Shown here piece after piece: positions 10,075-20,388 of a stretch of 64,000 bases of DNA. The notes under the pieces are model-generated. The model saw only the letters and a program-made list of their open reading frames with translations. It had not been told where the DNA came from and made no database searches. Positions within the stretch are counted from its first letter, which is position 1. Each line of letters begins with the position of its first letter. Source of the stretch: an uncultured Clostridium sp. (GTDB lineage: Bacteria; Bacillota; Clostridia; TANB77; CAG-508). Location of the stretch: positions 326 through 64,325 of the forward strand of contig CAMCQH010000003.1 of assembly GCA_945877035.1 (NCBI GenBank), read 5' to 3'. The translations under genes were made by a program, and so were the position numbers.

Positions 10075-12653
10075 TATCCATACACCACCTTTTCTACATT
10101 ATCAATTACTAATTCTCCAAACACGTCTTCTGATATTCTTATACTCATACCATTTAGAGCTTGTTGAAAAGCACTAACCAAATTATCTTTTGAATATGAG
10201 TCAGCATTCATTCCAATATTATCTACATCAGCAGTCATACCAACATTGAAGTCAGTAGGAATTGCATCTTCCATCATATCAGAAACATTATTCATTTCTT
10301 GAGTAAAACCTTCTCCTAAACCTAAAGCAAGATTTGAACCAATCTCGTCTCTAAATACTCTTGATGGAGAATGAATACCAAAGAAACTTTTAATACCATT
10401 AAGAATTGACTTACCAAAACCTTTGATTTTATCAAGCACCCAATCTTTTGCATTATTGATACCATTCCATAAACCTTGAATTAAGTTTTTACCTACTTCA
10501 GCTAATGACCCTATACCATTTTTAAATCCATTAACTAATGCAGATACGATTTGTGGTACTGCTTTTACTATTTCTACAATGATTGTAGGCAAGTTCTTAA
10601 TCAATGCAACAAATAACTGAACTCCTGCCATTATAATTTTATCGATGTTCCCAATTAAGGCATTAACTATTCCAGTTATTATTTTTGGTATAGCATTTAC
10701 AATGGTTGTTATAATTTGAGGAAGTGCTTGTATAAGTGCAATAAGTAAATCGATACCTGCTTGAATAATAAGAGGTATTGACTCCATCAAAGCAGTAAGT
10801 AACCCATCAATTATTTGTGGTATTGCCTCAACTATTGTTTTTATAATGTCTGGCAAAGCACCAATTAACGATGTAAGAAGTTCTATTCCAGTTTGAATTA
10901 TTTGTGGTATTGAATTTAATAAAAATGTCACGATACCATTTATAATTTCTGGAAGTGCTGCTATAAGAATTGGAAGTGCAGTGATTAATCCTTGTGCTAG
11001 TCCCATTATCAATTGAAGTGCTGCATCCAAAAGCATCGGTAGGTTTTCAATTAAGCCATTAACAATTGTGATAATTGCTTGAACTGCAGTTGGTATTAAT
11101 GTAGGTAGTAACTCTCCTATTCCTTCTATTAAAGAAGTAAATATAACTACAATTGCATCCATTAATAGTGGTAGGTTTTCCACCAATGTTTCTATTATTG
11201 TGGTTAATGCCGTAACTACGGTTGGAATAAGCTCTGGAATTAAATTCAATATAGTTTCAAGTAAACTAGAAAAAAGTTCTGTGACTGCCTCTAATAAGGT
11301 TGGCAACATTTGACCTATTGCACCTAAAAGAGCATCCAGAACCGTTGGTAGAACTGATACTATATTATTTAAAACTGGAGTTATATTGTTAATAACCGTA
11401 TTTAATGAGTCAGCTAGGTTTTTAACCAAAACTTGCATATCTGCATCAGCATTACCAAATCCAGTTAGTAAATTTTCAAATGCACTTTTCATAGCATTTG
11501 CTGATCCTGATATTGTCTTTTCAGCCTCTGCCGCTGTAGTACCTGTTATTCCCATTTCAGTTTGAATAACATGAATTGCACTATAAACATCATTTAAGTT
11601 AGAGATGTCATATTTAACACCACTGATTTTCTCGGCATCTTTCAATAACCTTTCCATTTCAGTTTTAGTACCACCATATCCTAATTTTAAGTTATCCAAC
11701 ATTGTATAGTTTTGTTTTGCGAAACCTTGGTATGCACTTTGAATTAAGGACATATCAGTACCCATCTTATTAGCGTTATCTGACATATCAACTATGGCTT
11801 GATTTGCTGCTCTTGCTGCTGCCTCAGTATCTCCATTTAATGATGATATTAAACTAGCACTAAAAGATGTAACTGTATTCATATATTCATTTGCAGAAAG
11901 TCCTGCTGTTTTATAAGCATTGTTGGCGTCATTAAAAACTTGTTTTTGTGCTGCAAGAAGTGAGTTATATTTTCCTTCTACTTCTCCTACACTTTTACCA
12001 ACACTTGCTGCATACTCTTCAACCGAAGATGCCTCTGTACCAAATAGAGTTTTAACACCACCTTCAAGCTGTTCAAATTCTGCATAAGCTGATACAACTT
12101 TAGATGCTAGAGCAACTGCCGCAGCTCCTGCCGCAACAGCTACTGCTCCCATTGTTGCACCTATTCCTTTTAAGACTGAACCTAGTTTTTCAAACTTGCC
12201 ATTGCTATTTTCAGCTTTATTTCCTGCATCATCTATATCATTTCCCATCTTACCTGCACTTTTAGATACATCGTCCATTTCAGTTCCAGCACTATCAAGT
12301 GCAGCCTCGTTGGTTTTCAACTCTTTTTCCATAGAATTTAATTCAGCAGTAGCGTTATTTAATTTAATTTGCCATTCTTGAGTTCTTTTATCATTTTCTC
12401 CAAAAGACTCGGAAGAGTTATTTAAGGCATTTTTTAATAATTCTATTTTTTGTTTTTGTGTATCTATTTCCTTATTTAACACCTGGTTTTTAGCTGTTAA
12501 TGATTGTATAGAAGTATCGTTTTTACTGAATTGGGATTCAACTAACTTCATTTCAGATCCTAGAACTTTAAAACTTTGATTGATACTATAAAGAGCACTT
12601 TTGAATTCCTTTTCTCCCTCGACACCAATCTTCAATCCGAAATTATCTGCCAT
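10074..12653 (-). CDS. Tail tape measure protein
   Basis: 859 aa. N-terminal coiled coil and a long hydrophobic internally repetitive helical core (LPxLI/IPxII units). Position after the frameshifted chaperone pair. Confidence 0.9.
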   Translation of the reverse strand: MADNFGLKIGVEGEKEFKSALYSINQSFKVLGSEMKLVESQFSKNDTSIQSLTAKNQVLNKEIDTQKQKIELLKNALNNSSESFGENDKRTQEWQIKLNNATAELNSMEKELKTNEAALDSAGTEMDDVSKSAGKMGNDIDDAGNKAENSNGKFEKLGSVLKGIGATMGAVAVAAGAAAVALASKVVSAYAEFEQLEGGVKTLFGTEASSVEEYAASVGKSVGEVEGKYNSLLAAQKQVFNDANNAYKTAGLSANEYMNTVTSFSASLISSLNGDTEAAARAANQAIVDMSDNANKMGTDMSLIQSAYQGFAKQNYTMLDNLKLGYGGTKTEMERLLKDAEKISGVKYDISNLNDVYSAIHVIQTEMGITGTTAAEAEKTISGSANAMKSAFENLLTGFGNADADMQVLVKNLADSLNTVINNITPVLNNIVSVLPTVLDALLGAIGQMLPTLLEAVTELFSSLLETILNLIPELIPTVVTALTTIIETLVENLPLLMDAIVVIFTSLIEGIGELLPTLIPTAVQAIITIVNGLIENLPMLLDAALQLIMGLAQGLITALPILIAALPEIINGIVTFLLNSIPQIIQTGIELLTSLIGALPDIIKTIVEAIPQIIDGLLTALMESIPLIIQAGIDLLIALIQALPQIITTIVNAIPKIITGIVNALIGNIDKIIMAGVQLFVALIKNLPTIIVEIVKAVPQIVSALVNGFKNGIGSLAEVGKNLIQGLWNGINNAKDWVLDKIKGFGKSILNGIKSFFGIHSPSRVFRDEIGSNLALGLGEGFTQEMNNVSDMMEDAIPTDFNVGMTADVDNIGMNADSYSKDNLVSAFQQALNGMSIRISEDVFGELVIDNVEKVVYG

Positions 12654-12667
12654 TATAACTCACCTCC

Positions 12668-13239
12668 TTAAATCCCATCTGGAATAATATCGTCTATAAA
12701 GACCTCTCTTTTTGGTTTAGCTATTCCATTAAATTGTCTATGGCATTCCCATAAATCTAGTAATAATCCAAAAGGCATAAGCCATACTTCGTCATAAGAT
12801 AGATTTAGATGAGCTAAACCGTAATATAAAAGTCGAGTAAATAATTCTTCATCACTTACTCGACTTCCACGTTTTTTGAATTTTCTTCACTTTCAATATT
12901 TCTTTTTGTTCCTTTATATAAACAATCTGTTATCGCTTGTTTATAATCAGCTAAATCAAATGGAGTTGTTAAGACTTCAACTTCTTCTTCAGTTAATAAC
13001 TCTTTTTGATTATCTTTGTTTTTAATGTTATGAATTAAAATTGATTGATTTGCTAAAAGACATATAAGCCATACTATTTCTCCTAGAGCCATTTCAAAGT
13101 TTTCAGCCTTCATTAGTTTATCTCCTAAATTCTCTAAACCACCATATCTTCCTGCTATCTCCTTTGTTGCTTTTGTTGTTAAGATTAGCTCATATTCCTT
13201 ATCACCAACTTTAATTTTACTTACTCTATCAGTTTCCAT
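12668..13239 (-). CDS. Tail assembly chaperone -1 frameshift product (gpGT-like)
   Basis: Heptamer A AAA AAC (plus 12871-12877) lies 4 codons before the gpG stop. The -1 frame reads KKRGSRVSDEELFTRLLYYGLAHLNLSYDEVWLMPFGLLLDLWECHRQFNGIAKPKREVFIDDIIPDGI and stops at 12668-12670. Confidence 0.65.
12856..13239 (-). CDS. Tail assembly chaperone (gpG-like)
   Basis: 127 aa, between the major tail and tape measure genes. Ends just after the slippery site A_AAA_AAC. Confidence 0.75.
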   Translation of the reverse strand: METDRVSKIKVGDKEYELILTTKATKEIAGRYGGLENLGDKLMKAENFEMALGEIVWLICLLANQSILIHNIKNKDNQKELLTEEEVEVLTTPFDLADYKQAITDCLYKGTKRNIESEENSKNVEVE

Positions 13240-13255
13240 TACTTACCTCCAGTTT

Positions 13256-13864
13256 CTATTTTCCACTAGTTTGTGTACTTGTTGTTGCATATGTAGGCTC
13301 GTATACAGAGTTGTACCAATCATTTATAGTTGCTGCTGTTACACCTGTATCACCTTCAGTTACTTCTGCTTTCCAAGGATGTTTTCCATTTGCATCTGGT
13401 TTATTTCTGCATAATACTGTACCTTCAATTGATGGTGTAGAGAATGTAATTGAATCACCTTTTGTTGCAAGACTTGCTGCAGGTATTCCAAACTTAACTC
13501 TATATAACCAATAATATTTATATTTACCATTTGATTTTTTTGCTCTAAATCCAATTGCAACAGGACTTCCAGCATCTTGACCACCTGATATCAAAACATT
13601 ATTTTTATCTACTTGAGCTCCTGTTAAATCCGCTGCCACACTAATTCCAATATCATCAACACCTAGTGTTAAAGTACCACTTTTAAATTCCTTTACTATT
13701 TCTGCTGCAACATCATCAGCATAAAGAGTTGCCTCTGCAAGCTCTACAGATAATTCAGCAGATATAGCTTTTGCAAGGACAGTTGGTGTAGCATATGTTT
13801 CATTACCAGATGCATCTTCTGTAATTTTTGAATAATATAATTTATCTAAACCTATTGTAGCCAT
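13256..13864 (-). CDS. Major tail protein (phi13/TP901-like)
   Basis: MATIGLDKLYYSKITEDASGNETYATPTVLAKAISAELSVE; position upstream of the chaperone genes. Confidence 0.8.
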   Translation of the reverse strand: MATIGLDKLYYSKITEDASGNETYATPTVLAKAISAELSVELAEATLYADDVAAEIVKEFKSGTLTLGVDDIGISVAADLTGAQVDKNNVLISGGQDAGSPVAIGFRAKKSNGKYKYYWLYRVKFGIPAASLATKGDSITFSTPSIEGTVLCRNKPDANGKHPWKAEVTEGDTGVTAATINDWYNSVYEPTYATTSTQTSGK

Positions 13865-14209
13865 TTACATTTCCTCCATTTCATAATATTTTGCTACGTC
13901 TATGTTGTAATGATGAAATCCAGTATCGTTTTCATATTCAACATATCGTTTATCTGTTATCGTAAAGTTGTTATTTAATAAGCCCTTTACGATTTTCTTT
14001 TTTAATTGCATATAGTTTCCTTTTGTAAAAATAGATAGTCTTACTTCTGATGTTTCATACTTTGGTTTGTCATCACAAAATAATGAAAAGTTATCTGATA
14101 TAGGAACTAAAACAACATACTCATCTAATGCTTTGTCGCTTAATTTAGCTGTTTCAGTTTGTATCGACATATCACTCAAAAGTGTATTTAATTCGGATAA
14201 TACTGTCAT
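13865..14209 (-). CDS. Tail completion/terminator-like protein
   Basis: Assigned by position only, between the gp10-like and major tail genes. Confidence 0.45.
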   Translation of the reverse strand: MTVLSELNTLLSDMSIQTETAKLSDKALDEYVVLVPISDNFSLFCDDKPKYETSEVRLSIFTKGNYMQLKKKIVKGLLNNNFTITDKRYVEYENDTGFHHYNIDVAKYYEMEEM

Positions 14210-14637
14210 ATGTTGTTTACCTCCTTATCAAATGTTGATTTCATTACTTCTATGCATTTTGCTTTTGATGATGCTTTTGCAGGTTTCATAAATGGTTTAG
14301 CAACTTGACCTGATTTTCCATATTCAATAATATTGGCTAATTTTGCGTTGCTAGTTCCATCTCTTCTTGTTTCTGCAAATCCAACTTTAATATTGTAATT
14401 TCCATTCCTATCAAGCCTTACTTCTGATAGTCCTAATGCTCCCTCAAGCTCTCCTGTGGATCTTGATTTGTATTTTGTACCACTCCCCACTACTGAACTT
14501 AAATTGCTTTTTACTTTTGAAAGAACTACCTCTCCTCCAGCTTTTAGCATCTTTTCACAAATTTCATCAGTCTTATTTCCAAGCTTTGATAATTTTTGTA
14601 GATATTCTTCAGGTAATTGCACATAAGCCTTAGCCAT
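14206..14637 (-). CDS. HK97 gp10-family head-tail joining protein
   Basis: Position, and N-terminal LSKLGNKTDEICEKMLKAGGEVVLSKVKSNL typical of the family. Confidence 0.6.
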   Translation of the reverse strand: MAKAYVQLPEEYLQKLSKLGNKTDEICEKMLKAGGEVVLSKVKSNLSSVVGSGTKYKSRSTGELEGALGLSEVRLDRNGNYNIKVGFAETRRDGTSNAKLANIIEYGKSGQVAKPFMKPAKASSKAKCIEVMKSTFDKEVNNI

Positions 14638-14962
14638 TTTGAATCACCTTCTTTGCTAGAATTTCAATATACATATTTTTTCCTTTAACATCTTCAATTG
14701 AAGTAATTTCAAAGTTCTCATCATCACATAAAATAGTCATATCAGTTGAGAGTTTTGTTCCTGGAATAGCACGAATAATAAAGAGGTCAGTCGCCTCAGT
14801 AAAAGTAGTTCTATTTGCCCACTTTTCACTTCCGTGTCTGCCCTCTCTATATCCTCTAACTCTTGCAACTGTTATTTCTTGTTTTGTTGAGAAACCATCT
14901 TCATCCTTTACATTTTGGATACTTTTTATTTCAATAAATTTATTCATTTTACCAAAGCTCAT
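14630..14962 (-). CDS. Head-tail adaptor (head closure) protein
   Basis: 110 aa. Position, and SPP1 gp16-like character. Confidence 0.55.
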   Translation of the reverse strand: MSFGKMNKFIEIKSIQNVKDEDGFSTKQEITVARVRGYREGRHGSEKWANRTTFTEATDLFIIRAIPGTKLSTDMTILCDDENFEITSIEDVKGKNMYIEILAKKVIQNG

Positions 14963-14965
14963 GGG

Positions 14966-15280
14966 CTACACCTTCCAATCTCTATTAAGTCTTAATAGTA
15001 GATTTACTGTGTTCCATACTTGGCTTGATGCATTTACATTGTCAGCAAAGAAACCACCAGTTGAGCCATCTCTACTTTCATAGAAATGACTTACAAGCAT
15101 AATAATTGCTTGTTTTGTTGTTTCTGACATTTCATGTTCTTGATAGTATCCTTCTTCTATATGCTGATAGCTTTCTGCATAAGAGATTGCAGCAGTGATG
15201 AATTGTTTTAGTAATTCATCATCTACTGAATGTTCTAATATAAGATTTTGTTTTACTTTAATTAATAACTCTTCAATCAC
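14966..15280 (-). CDS. gp6-like head-tail connector protein
   Basis: 104 aa, first gene after the capsid gene. LLKQFITAAISYAESY motif. Confidence 0.6.
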   Translation of the reverse strand: MIEELLIKVKQNLILEHSVDDELLKQFITAAISYAESYQHIEEGYYQEHEMSETTKQAIIMLVSHFYESRDGSTGGFFADNVNASSQVWNTVNLLLRLNRDWKV

Positions 15281-15299
15281 TGCTATTTACCTCCATTCA

Positions 15300-16502
15300 C
15301 TATTTTGTAGTAGTTGTTGTTGTATTTGTAGTAGTTGTTTTTTCAGCAACAACTTTTAAGATTTGAACTGCCTCTGGAAGTACTAATTTTCCATCAACTC
15401 TTTCTTTTGCAACATAACCAATCATTCCATTACCAGCGAATAATTCTGTTAATTGTTTGAATGATCTTACACCTCTATCACCAATGTTGTAATAACTAAA
15501 ATCACCAAATGCAATTGAGTCTTCTGGTGCATATTGAGAAGTATATACTGGATAACCAAGTAATCTATCTGGTTCTCCTTGTACTAATGATGGTTGCCAC
15601 ATATATGCTCCATTTCCATCTTTGTAAGTTCTAATTGTTGCTATCATTTTGTCATTCATAATAAATGCAGCATTTTTTCTATATGCTCTTTTTAAGTTAT
15701 ATACAAGTTCTATAATTGCATCTGCTCCTGTTGTTTTTGCTGTTATATAAGTACCACCACCAGTTGTTGCAAATATACCTGTAGGTTGTCCTTCTCCTGT
15801 TCCATTTAAAAACGCATTCTCTTCAGCATTTCCGATTGCCTTACCAAAGCTATCAATCAAGAAATTCTCTAAACCGAATGCGTTATCATATAATAATTCT
15901 TCTGTTACTTTAACTGCAACGTGTAATTTATGTGCATCTAGGATTTTTTGGTCGAATGCTGCTTCTCCAAAAGATAAAGTGTCACCTTCTTCAATCCAAG
16001 CTGCTGCAGGTGCAGTACTTGCAATATTTATTTTGTGTTCTCCACTTGTTTTAATATTTGTAGCTAAACTACGAACAATATTATTTTCTTCTAATTTTTG
16101 GATTAATCTAGTGTCATATTCATCTGGTACTAAATATCCTCCATCTGCATCTACACCTTCTTGTAAGACATTTGATACTTGTCTAAAGTTTGAACGTAAT
16201 GCAGTTAACATTGCATCTTTATATTCATTTGATGCTCTTCCTGTTTTTACTTCGTTATCAACTTTTGATGGTCTTGTAACGATAGGAGTATTAACAGGTT
16301 TATTTAATTCATTCTCCATATTTTCCATTGCCTCCATTCTTTCAATTTCCTTACTATAGTTTTTAATTTTTTCTTCCATTGAGTTATAAGTTTCAGCATC
16401 TTCTTTTGAAAGAAGTCCGTCCTTATCTCTTTTACTTTCTACAAAGGCTTTAGCACCTTCCCAAGCTTTATTTCTAGCTTCTCTTAATTCTAAAATAGTC
16501 AT
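15300..16502 (-). CDS. Major capsid protein, HK97 family
   Basis: About 400 aa after the ClpP-like protease, with an N-terminal coiled-coil delta-like domain. Start set at ATG 16502, behind GGAGG. Confidence 0.85.
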   Translation of the reverse strand: MTILELREARNKAWEGAKAFVESKRDKDGLLSKEDAETYNSMEEKIKNYSKEIERMEAMENMENELNKPVNTPIVTRPSKVDNEVKTGRASNEYKDAMLTALRSNFRQVSNVLQEGVDADGGYLVPDEYDTRLIQKLEENNIVRSLATNIKTSGEHKINIASTAPAAAWIEEGDTLSFGEAAFDQKILDAHKLHVAVKVTEELLYDNAFGLENFLIDSFGKAIGNAEENAFLNGTGEGQPTGIFATTGGGTYITAKTTGADAIIELVYNLKRAYRKNAAFIMNDKMIATIRTYKDGNGAYMWQPSLVQGEPDRLLGYPVYTSQYAPEDSIAFGDFSYYNIGDRGVRSFKQLTELFAGNGMIGYVAKERVDGKLVLPEAVQILKVVAEKTTTTNTTTTTTK

Positions 16503-16507
16503 TTTTA

Positions 16508-17251
16508 TTACCTCCAATTTCTTATTAATTCCAGACGTTCTAATAAACTGTCTGATGCTATTTCATTTTTTGTTTTCTGTGCTATCTTGCACTTTTCTGC
16601 CATCTTCTCCATTAATGAGTTAGTAACAGATGCACGAGAAAACGTCATGCTTACATTAGGAACTTCAAGCTCATCATCTTCTGTATTTCTTTGCATTATT
16701 TCATCTGCAAATCCCATCTCTATGGCACTATTAGCGTCCATCCATGTTTCTGCATCCATAAGGTGTGATAACTTTGCTCGAGATAATCCTGTTTTGATTT
16801 CGTATGCATTGATGATTGATTCTTTAACTTCATCAAGCATTGCTATGGCTTTTTGCATTTCTGATGTATCTCCAGCTGCTATTGTTGCAGGGTTATGGAT
16901 CATAATCATTGATACTGGAGATACAATTACTTTGTTTCCAGCCATTGCAATAACAGATGCTGCACTTGCTGCAATTCCATCTATTTTTACTGTTACATTA
17001 CCTTTGTAATCCATCAGCATATTGTAGATTTGAGCTGCTGCAATACAGTCACCTCCTGGAGAATTTATCCATACGGTAATATCTCCTTCGCCACTATTTA
17101 ATTCATCTTTAAATAAGGCAGGTGTAACTTCATCATCGAACCATGACTCTTCAGCTATTGTTCCATTTAGGAATAGTATTCTTTCTTGACTTTGAGTCAT
17201 TGTTTCCTGATTTGTTATCGTCTTGTTCTTCCAATTCCAAAACTTTCTCAT
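16508..17251 (-). CDS. Head maturation protease (ClpP/S14-like)
   Basis: WINSPGGDCIAAAQIYNML...IAASAASVIAMAG...MIHNP. Start chosen at ATG 17251 (RBS GGAGAGGAGG). The start is uncertain and overlaps the portal 3' end. Confidence 0.8.
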   Translation of the reverse strand: MRKFWNWKNKTITNQETMTQSQERILFLNGTIAEESWFDDEVTPALFKDELNSGEGDITVWINSPGGDCIAAAQIYNMLMDYKGNVTVKIDGIAASAASVIAMAGNKVIVSPVSMIMIHNPATIAAGDTSEMQKAIAMLDEVKESIINAYEIKTGLSRAKLSHLMDAETWMDANSAIEMGFADEIMQRNTEDDELEVPNVSMTFSRASVTNSLMEKMAEKCKIAQKTKNEIASDSLLERLELIRNWR

Positions 17252-18500
17252 CTTTTTCCTCCTCTCCTTTAGGTCTATATGCTGCACCTACTTCTGTGAT
17301 TGGCATCATGTTTCCATTTACCATGTATGTATTTCCACCATCTTCATCTGGAATTAAATCTAGATTTTCAAGTTCTCTTACATCATTTGGTGACATGAAT
17401 CCATTTTGTATACCAATGCTATATCCACTCATTCTGCTTTGATAATCTCCACGAAGTAAGCCATCAACATTAAACTTAATAAAATATTTTTTCTTTTCTT
17501 CTTTACTTAATAGCGACCTTATAAGTGTTTGTTCCCATCTTGAAACCCAAGGATCAAGCGTATATTTCACAAATTCTAATGATTGTTGCTCTATATTAGA
17601 AAAACTCGACTTTTCAAGGTCACCAACCATATGTGGTGGTACTCTGAAAATTCGAGCTATCTCATTTATTTGAAATTTACGAGTTTCTAAAAATTGAGCT
17701 TCATTAGGAGAAATAGAAATAGGTGTGTATTTCATACCTTCTTCTAATACTGCTACTTTGTGAGAATTACGACTTCCACCAAAAGTTTCAGTCCAGCTTT
17801 CTCTTACTTTAGTAGGGTCTTTCAATGTTCCTGGATGCTCTAATACACCACTTGGTGCAGCTCCATTTGCATAAAATTTACTACCATATTCTTCTGCTGC
17901 AATTGCAAGACCTATCGCATTTTTAGCCATCGCAATTGGAGAATATCCAACCAATCCATCAAATCCTAAACCTGGAATATGTAAGACATCGCTTTCACTT
18001 AGTCTTACTGTTGTTTCTTTATTAATTGGAACATCATCTGTTGTTGTTAAATATTCGTAGTAAAGTTTTCCCTTTTCATCTCTATTAACTGTCATCCTAT
18101 CTGGCATAAGTGGATACAATGCTATGATTTCTCCCTTTCCATTTCTTATGATTTGTGCATAAGCATTACCCCATAATAAAAGATGAGTCATAAGTGTTTC
18201 TCTAAACACAAATGATGTCATCTCTGGATTAGGTTCATCATGCAATAAAAAATATAATGGATGTTCTATAGCTTTTTTCTTACTTCCGTTTTCATCGTAT
18301 TTGTAAAAATGCAAAGGCAAACTTGCTACCGCTTCTGACAAAATTCTTACACAGCTATAAACTGCTGTCATTTGCATTGCTGAACGCTCATTTACTCTTT
18401 TACCACTTGTTGTTCCTCCCATAAAAAAGCTATAATTACTTCCTGTCGTTCTATCTTTAGGTGCATCCCTCGACCTAAATATGCCACTAAAAATTCCCAT
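17151..18500 (-). CDS. Portal protein (HK97 family)
   Basis: 449 aa, between the large terminase and the protease. Confidence 0.85.
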   Translation of the reverse strand: MGIFSGIFRSRDAPKDRTTGSNYSFFMGGTTSGKRVNERSAMQMTAVYSCVRILSEAVASLPLHFYKYDENGSKKKAIEHPLYFLLHDEPNPEMTSFVFRETLMTHLLLWGNAYAQIIRNGKGEIIALYPLMPDRMTVNRDEKGKLYYEYLTTTDDVPINKETTVRLSESDVLHIPGLGFDGLVGYSPIAMAKNAIGLAIAAEEYGSKFYANGAAPSGVLEHPGTLKDPTKVRESWTETFGGSRNSHKVAVLEEGMKYTPISISPNEAQFLETRKFQINEIARIFRVPPHMVGDLEKSSFSNIEQQSLEFVKYTLDPWVSRWEQTLIRSLLSKEEKKKYFIKFNVDGLLRGDYQSRMSGYSIGIQNGFMSPNDVRELENLDLIPDEDGGNTYMVNGNMMPITEVGAAYRPKGEEEKDEKVLELEEQDDNKSGNNDSKSRKNTIPKWNNS

Positions 18501-18516
18501 ATCTAATCATCTCCTT

Positions 18517-20148
18517 CTATAAGAATAAAATTCCTCTGTTATCATAGACACTTTCACTTAAACTGCTACCACATCTAATTGCTCTATCAAGTGCCATAAT
18601 AGTTGCAATTACTCCATCTATTTTTTCAGTAGACTTTTCTTTATCTGCTTTTATATTTCCAGCAGGGTCAGTTTTAATAAAGACATTGTCCATATTCCAT
18701 CTTAAAATTGGATGACCTCCATGACGAAGTTTCTTTTCAAGTGTTAGTTTCATTAATTCTTTAGTTGGTGGACTCATGTCTTTAAATCCCTGTCCAAATG
18801 GAACAACAGTAAATCCCATGTTCTCTAAATTTTGAACCATCTGTACTGCTCCCCATCTATCGAATGCAATTTCTCGAATATTAAATTTTTCTCCTAACTT
18901 TTCTATAAACTTTTCAATATAACCGTAATGAACTACATTCCCTTCAGTTGTTTGTAAGAAACCTTGTCTTTGCCATACATCATAAGGAACATGATCCCTT
19001 TTAACTCTCAAATCAAGAGTATCTTCTGGTATCCAAAAGTAAGGTAGAACAATATATTCTTCCTCATCATCTATTGGTGGAAAGACTAAAGAAAAAGCCG
19101 TTATATCTGTTGTGGATGATAAGTCTAATCCTCCATAACATACACGACCTTCTAATTCTTCTTCTATAATTTTTCCACCACACAAATCCCATTTTTCCAT
19201 AGGCATCCATCTTATTGATTGTTTTACCCATTGGTTGAGTCGCAATTGCCTGAATGCATTTTCTTCTCCAGGATTTTGTTGTGCTGATTCACAAGCAGCT
19301 CTTACTTTATCCTCAGCAACTGTTATTCCAAGTGACGGATTTGCTTTTCTCCATACTTTTGGATCAGTCCAATCTTCGCTTTCATCAGCACCATAAATTA
19401 CTGAATAAAATGTAGGGTCAATTTTATTTCCTTTTTCAATATCTTTTGCCTTTTGATGTATTTCATAACAAATTGAGTTAGTATCATTTCCTGCTGTTGT
19501 AATTAAGAAATACAAAGGTTGCATTCTTGCATCACCAGAACCTTGAGTCATTACATCATACAATTTCCTATTAGGTTGTGTGTGTAATTCATCAAATATA
19601 ACGCCATGAGTATTGAAACCATGTTTATTAGCAACATCTGCAGATAACACTTGATAAGAACTATTTGTTGGTTTGTATATTAGTTTTTTCTGCGACTCTA
19701 ATATTTTTACTCTTCTTGATAATGCAGGACAGAACTTAACCATATCTACTGCAACATCAAATACAATTTTCGCTTGGTTTCTATCTGCAGCACACCCATA
19801 CACTTCAGCTCTTTCTTCTCCATCACCACAAGTTAGTAACAGTGCTACTGCCGCTGCAAGTTCTGACTTACCTTGCTTTTTAGGAATTTCAATATAAGCA
19901 GTATTGAATTGTCTGTATCCATTAGGTTTAAGTACACCAAAGATATCTCTGATGATTTGTTCTTGCCAGTCTATTAATTCAAAGTGCTTTCCTGCCCACG
20001 TTCCTTTTGTATGACAAAGGCTCTCAATAAAAGCAACTGCAAAATCTGCTGCATCTTCATCATAGTAGCTTGTTTTAGCCATAAACTTTGTTGGCTTATA
20101 GTTCTTTAACTTTCTCAATTTATCATCTCCCTTCCACACAAAAAGCAC
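18517..20148 (-). CDS. Terminase large subunit
   Basis: Terminase_1-like: Walker A-like IEIPKKQGKSELAAAVAL and a C-terminal nuclease region. The exact start is uncertain. Confidence 0.9.
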   Translation of the reverse strand: MLFVWKGDDKLRKLKNYKPTKFMAKTSYYDEDAADFAVAFIESLCHTKGTWAGKHFELIDWQEQIIRDIFGVLKPNGYRQFNTAYIEIPKKQGKSELAAAVALLLTCGDGEERAEVYGCAADRNQAKIVFDVAVDMVKFCPALSRRVKILESQKKLIYKPTNSSYQVLSADVANKHGFNTHGVIFDELHTQPNRKLYDVMTQGSGDARMQPLYFLITTAGNDTNSICYEIHQKAKDIEKGNKIDPTFYSVIYGADESEDWTDPKVWRKANPSLGITVAEDKVRAACESAQQNPGEENAFRQLRLNQWVKQSIRWMPMEKWDLCGGKIIEEELEGRVCYGGLDLSSTTDITAFSLVFPPIDDEEEYIVLPYFWIPEDTLDLRVKRDHVPYDVWQRQGFLQTTEGNVVHYGYIEKFIEKLGEKFNIREIAFDRWGAVQMVQNLENMGFTVVPFGQGFKDMSPPTKELMKLTLEKKLRHGGHPILRWNMDNVFIKTDPAGNIKADKEKSTEKIDGVIATIMALDRAIRCGSSLSESVYDNRGILFL

Positions 20149-20187
20149 TCCATAAATGAAGTGCTTTCAAAAAATATTTATTTAGTT

Positions 20188-20388
20188 TTATTTTTCTTGA
20201 GTTCTATGTATTGTTTTAATGATGTGTTCTTGTTCCTTAATATCAACACCTATTGACTCAAGTGCCTCCCTTGTTCCACAATCGGGACATATTGGTGTTT
20301 TATTATCTCTTCTTGATATTGCAGGATGTCCTTGATATTCTGCTCCACATTTTGGACATTTTCTTGTCCTATTCAATTCCTTCTTCAT
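20188..20388 (-). CDS. Small zinc-ribbon protein
   Basis: 66 aa with CPKCG...CPDCG and RBS GGGAGGA. Overlaps the 3' end of the upstream gene by 20 nt. Confidence 0.55.
   Translation of the reverse strand: MKKELNRTRKCPKCGAEYQGHPAISRRDNKTPICPDCGTREALESIGVDIKEQEHIIKTIHRTQEK

Noticed and set aside
10600-11400. Periodic repeats that might suggest a repeat array
   Set aside because: They are in-frame helical repeats (LPxLI/IPxII units) of the tape measure protein, not spacer-separated direct repeats. No CRISPR array is present anywhere in the window, and the 10-bp repeats at 44593-44633 have no spacers.
17151-17287. Long overlap between the portal and protease ORFs as a possible frameshift or fusion
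   Set aside because: It is more simply explained by a downstream protease start (ATG 17251, strong RBS). The residual overlap falls in the non-conserved acidic portal tail.
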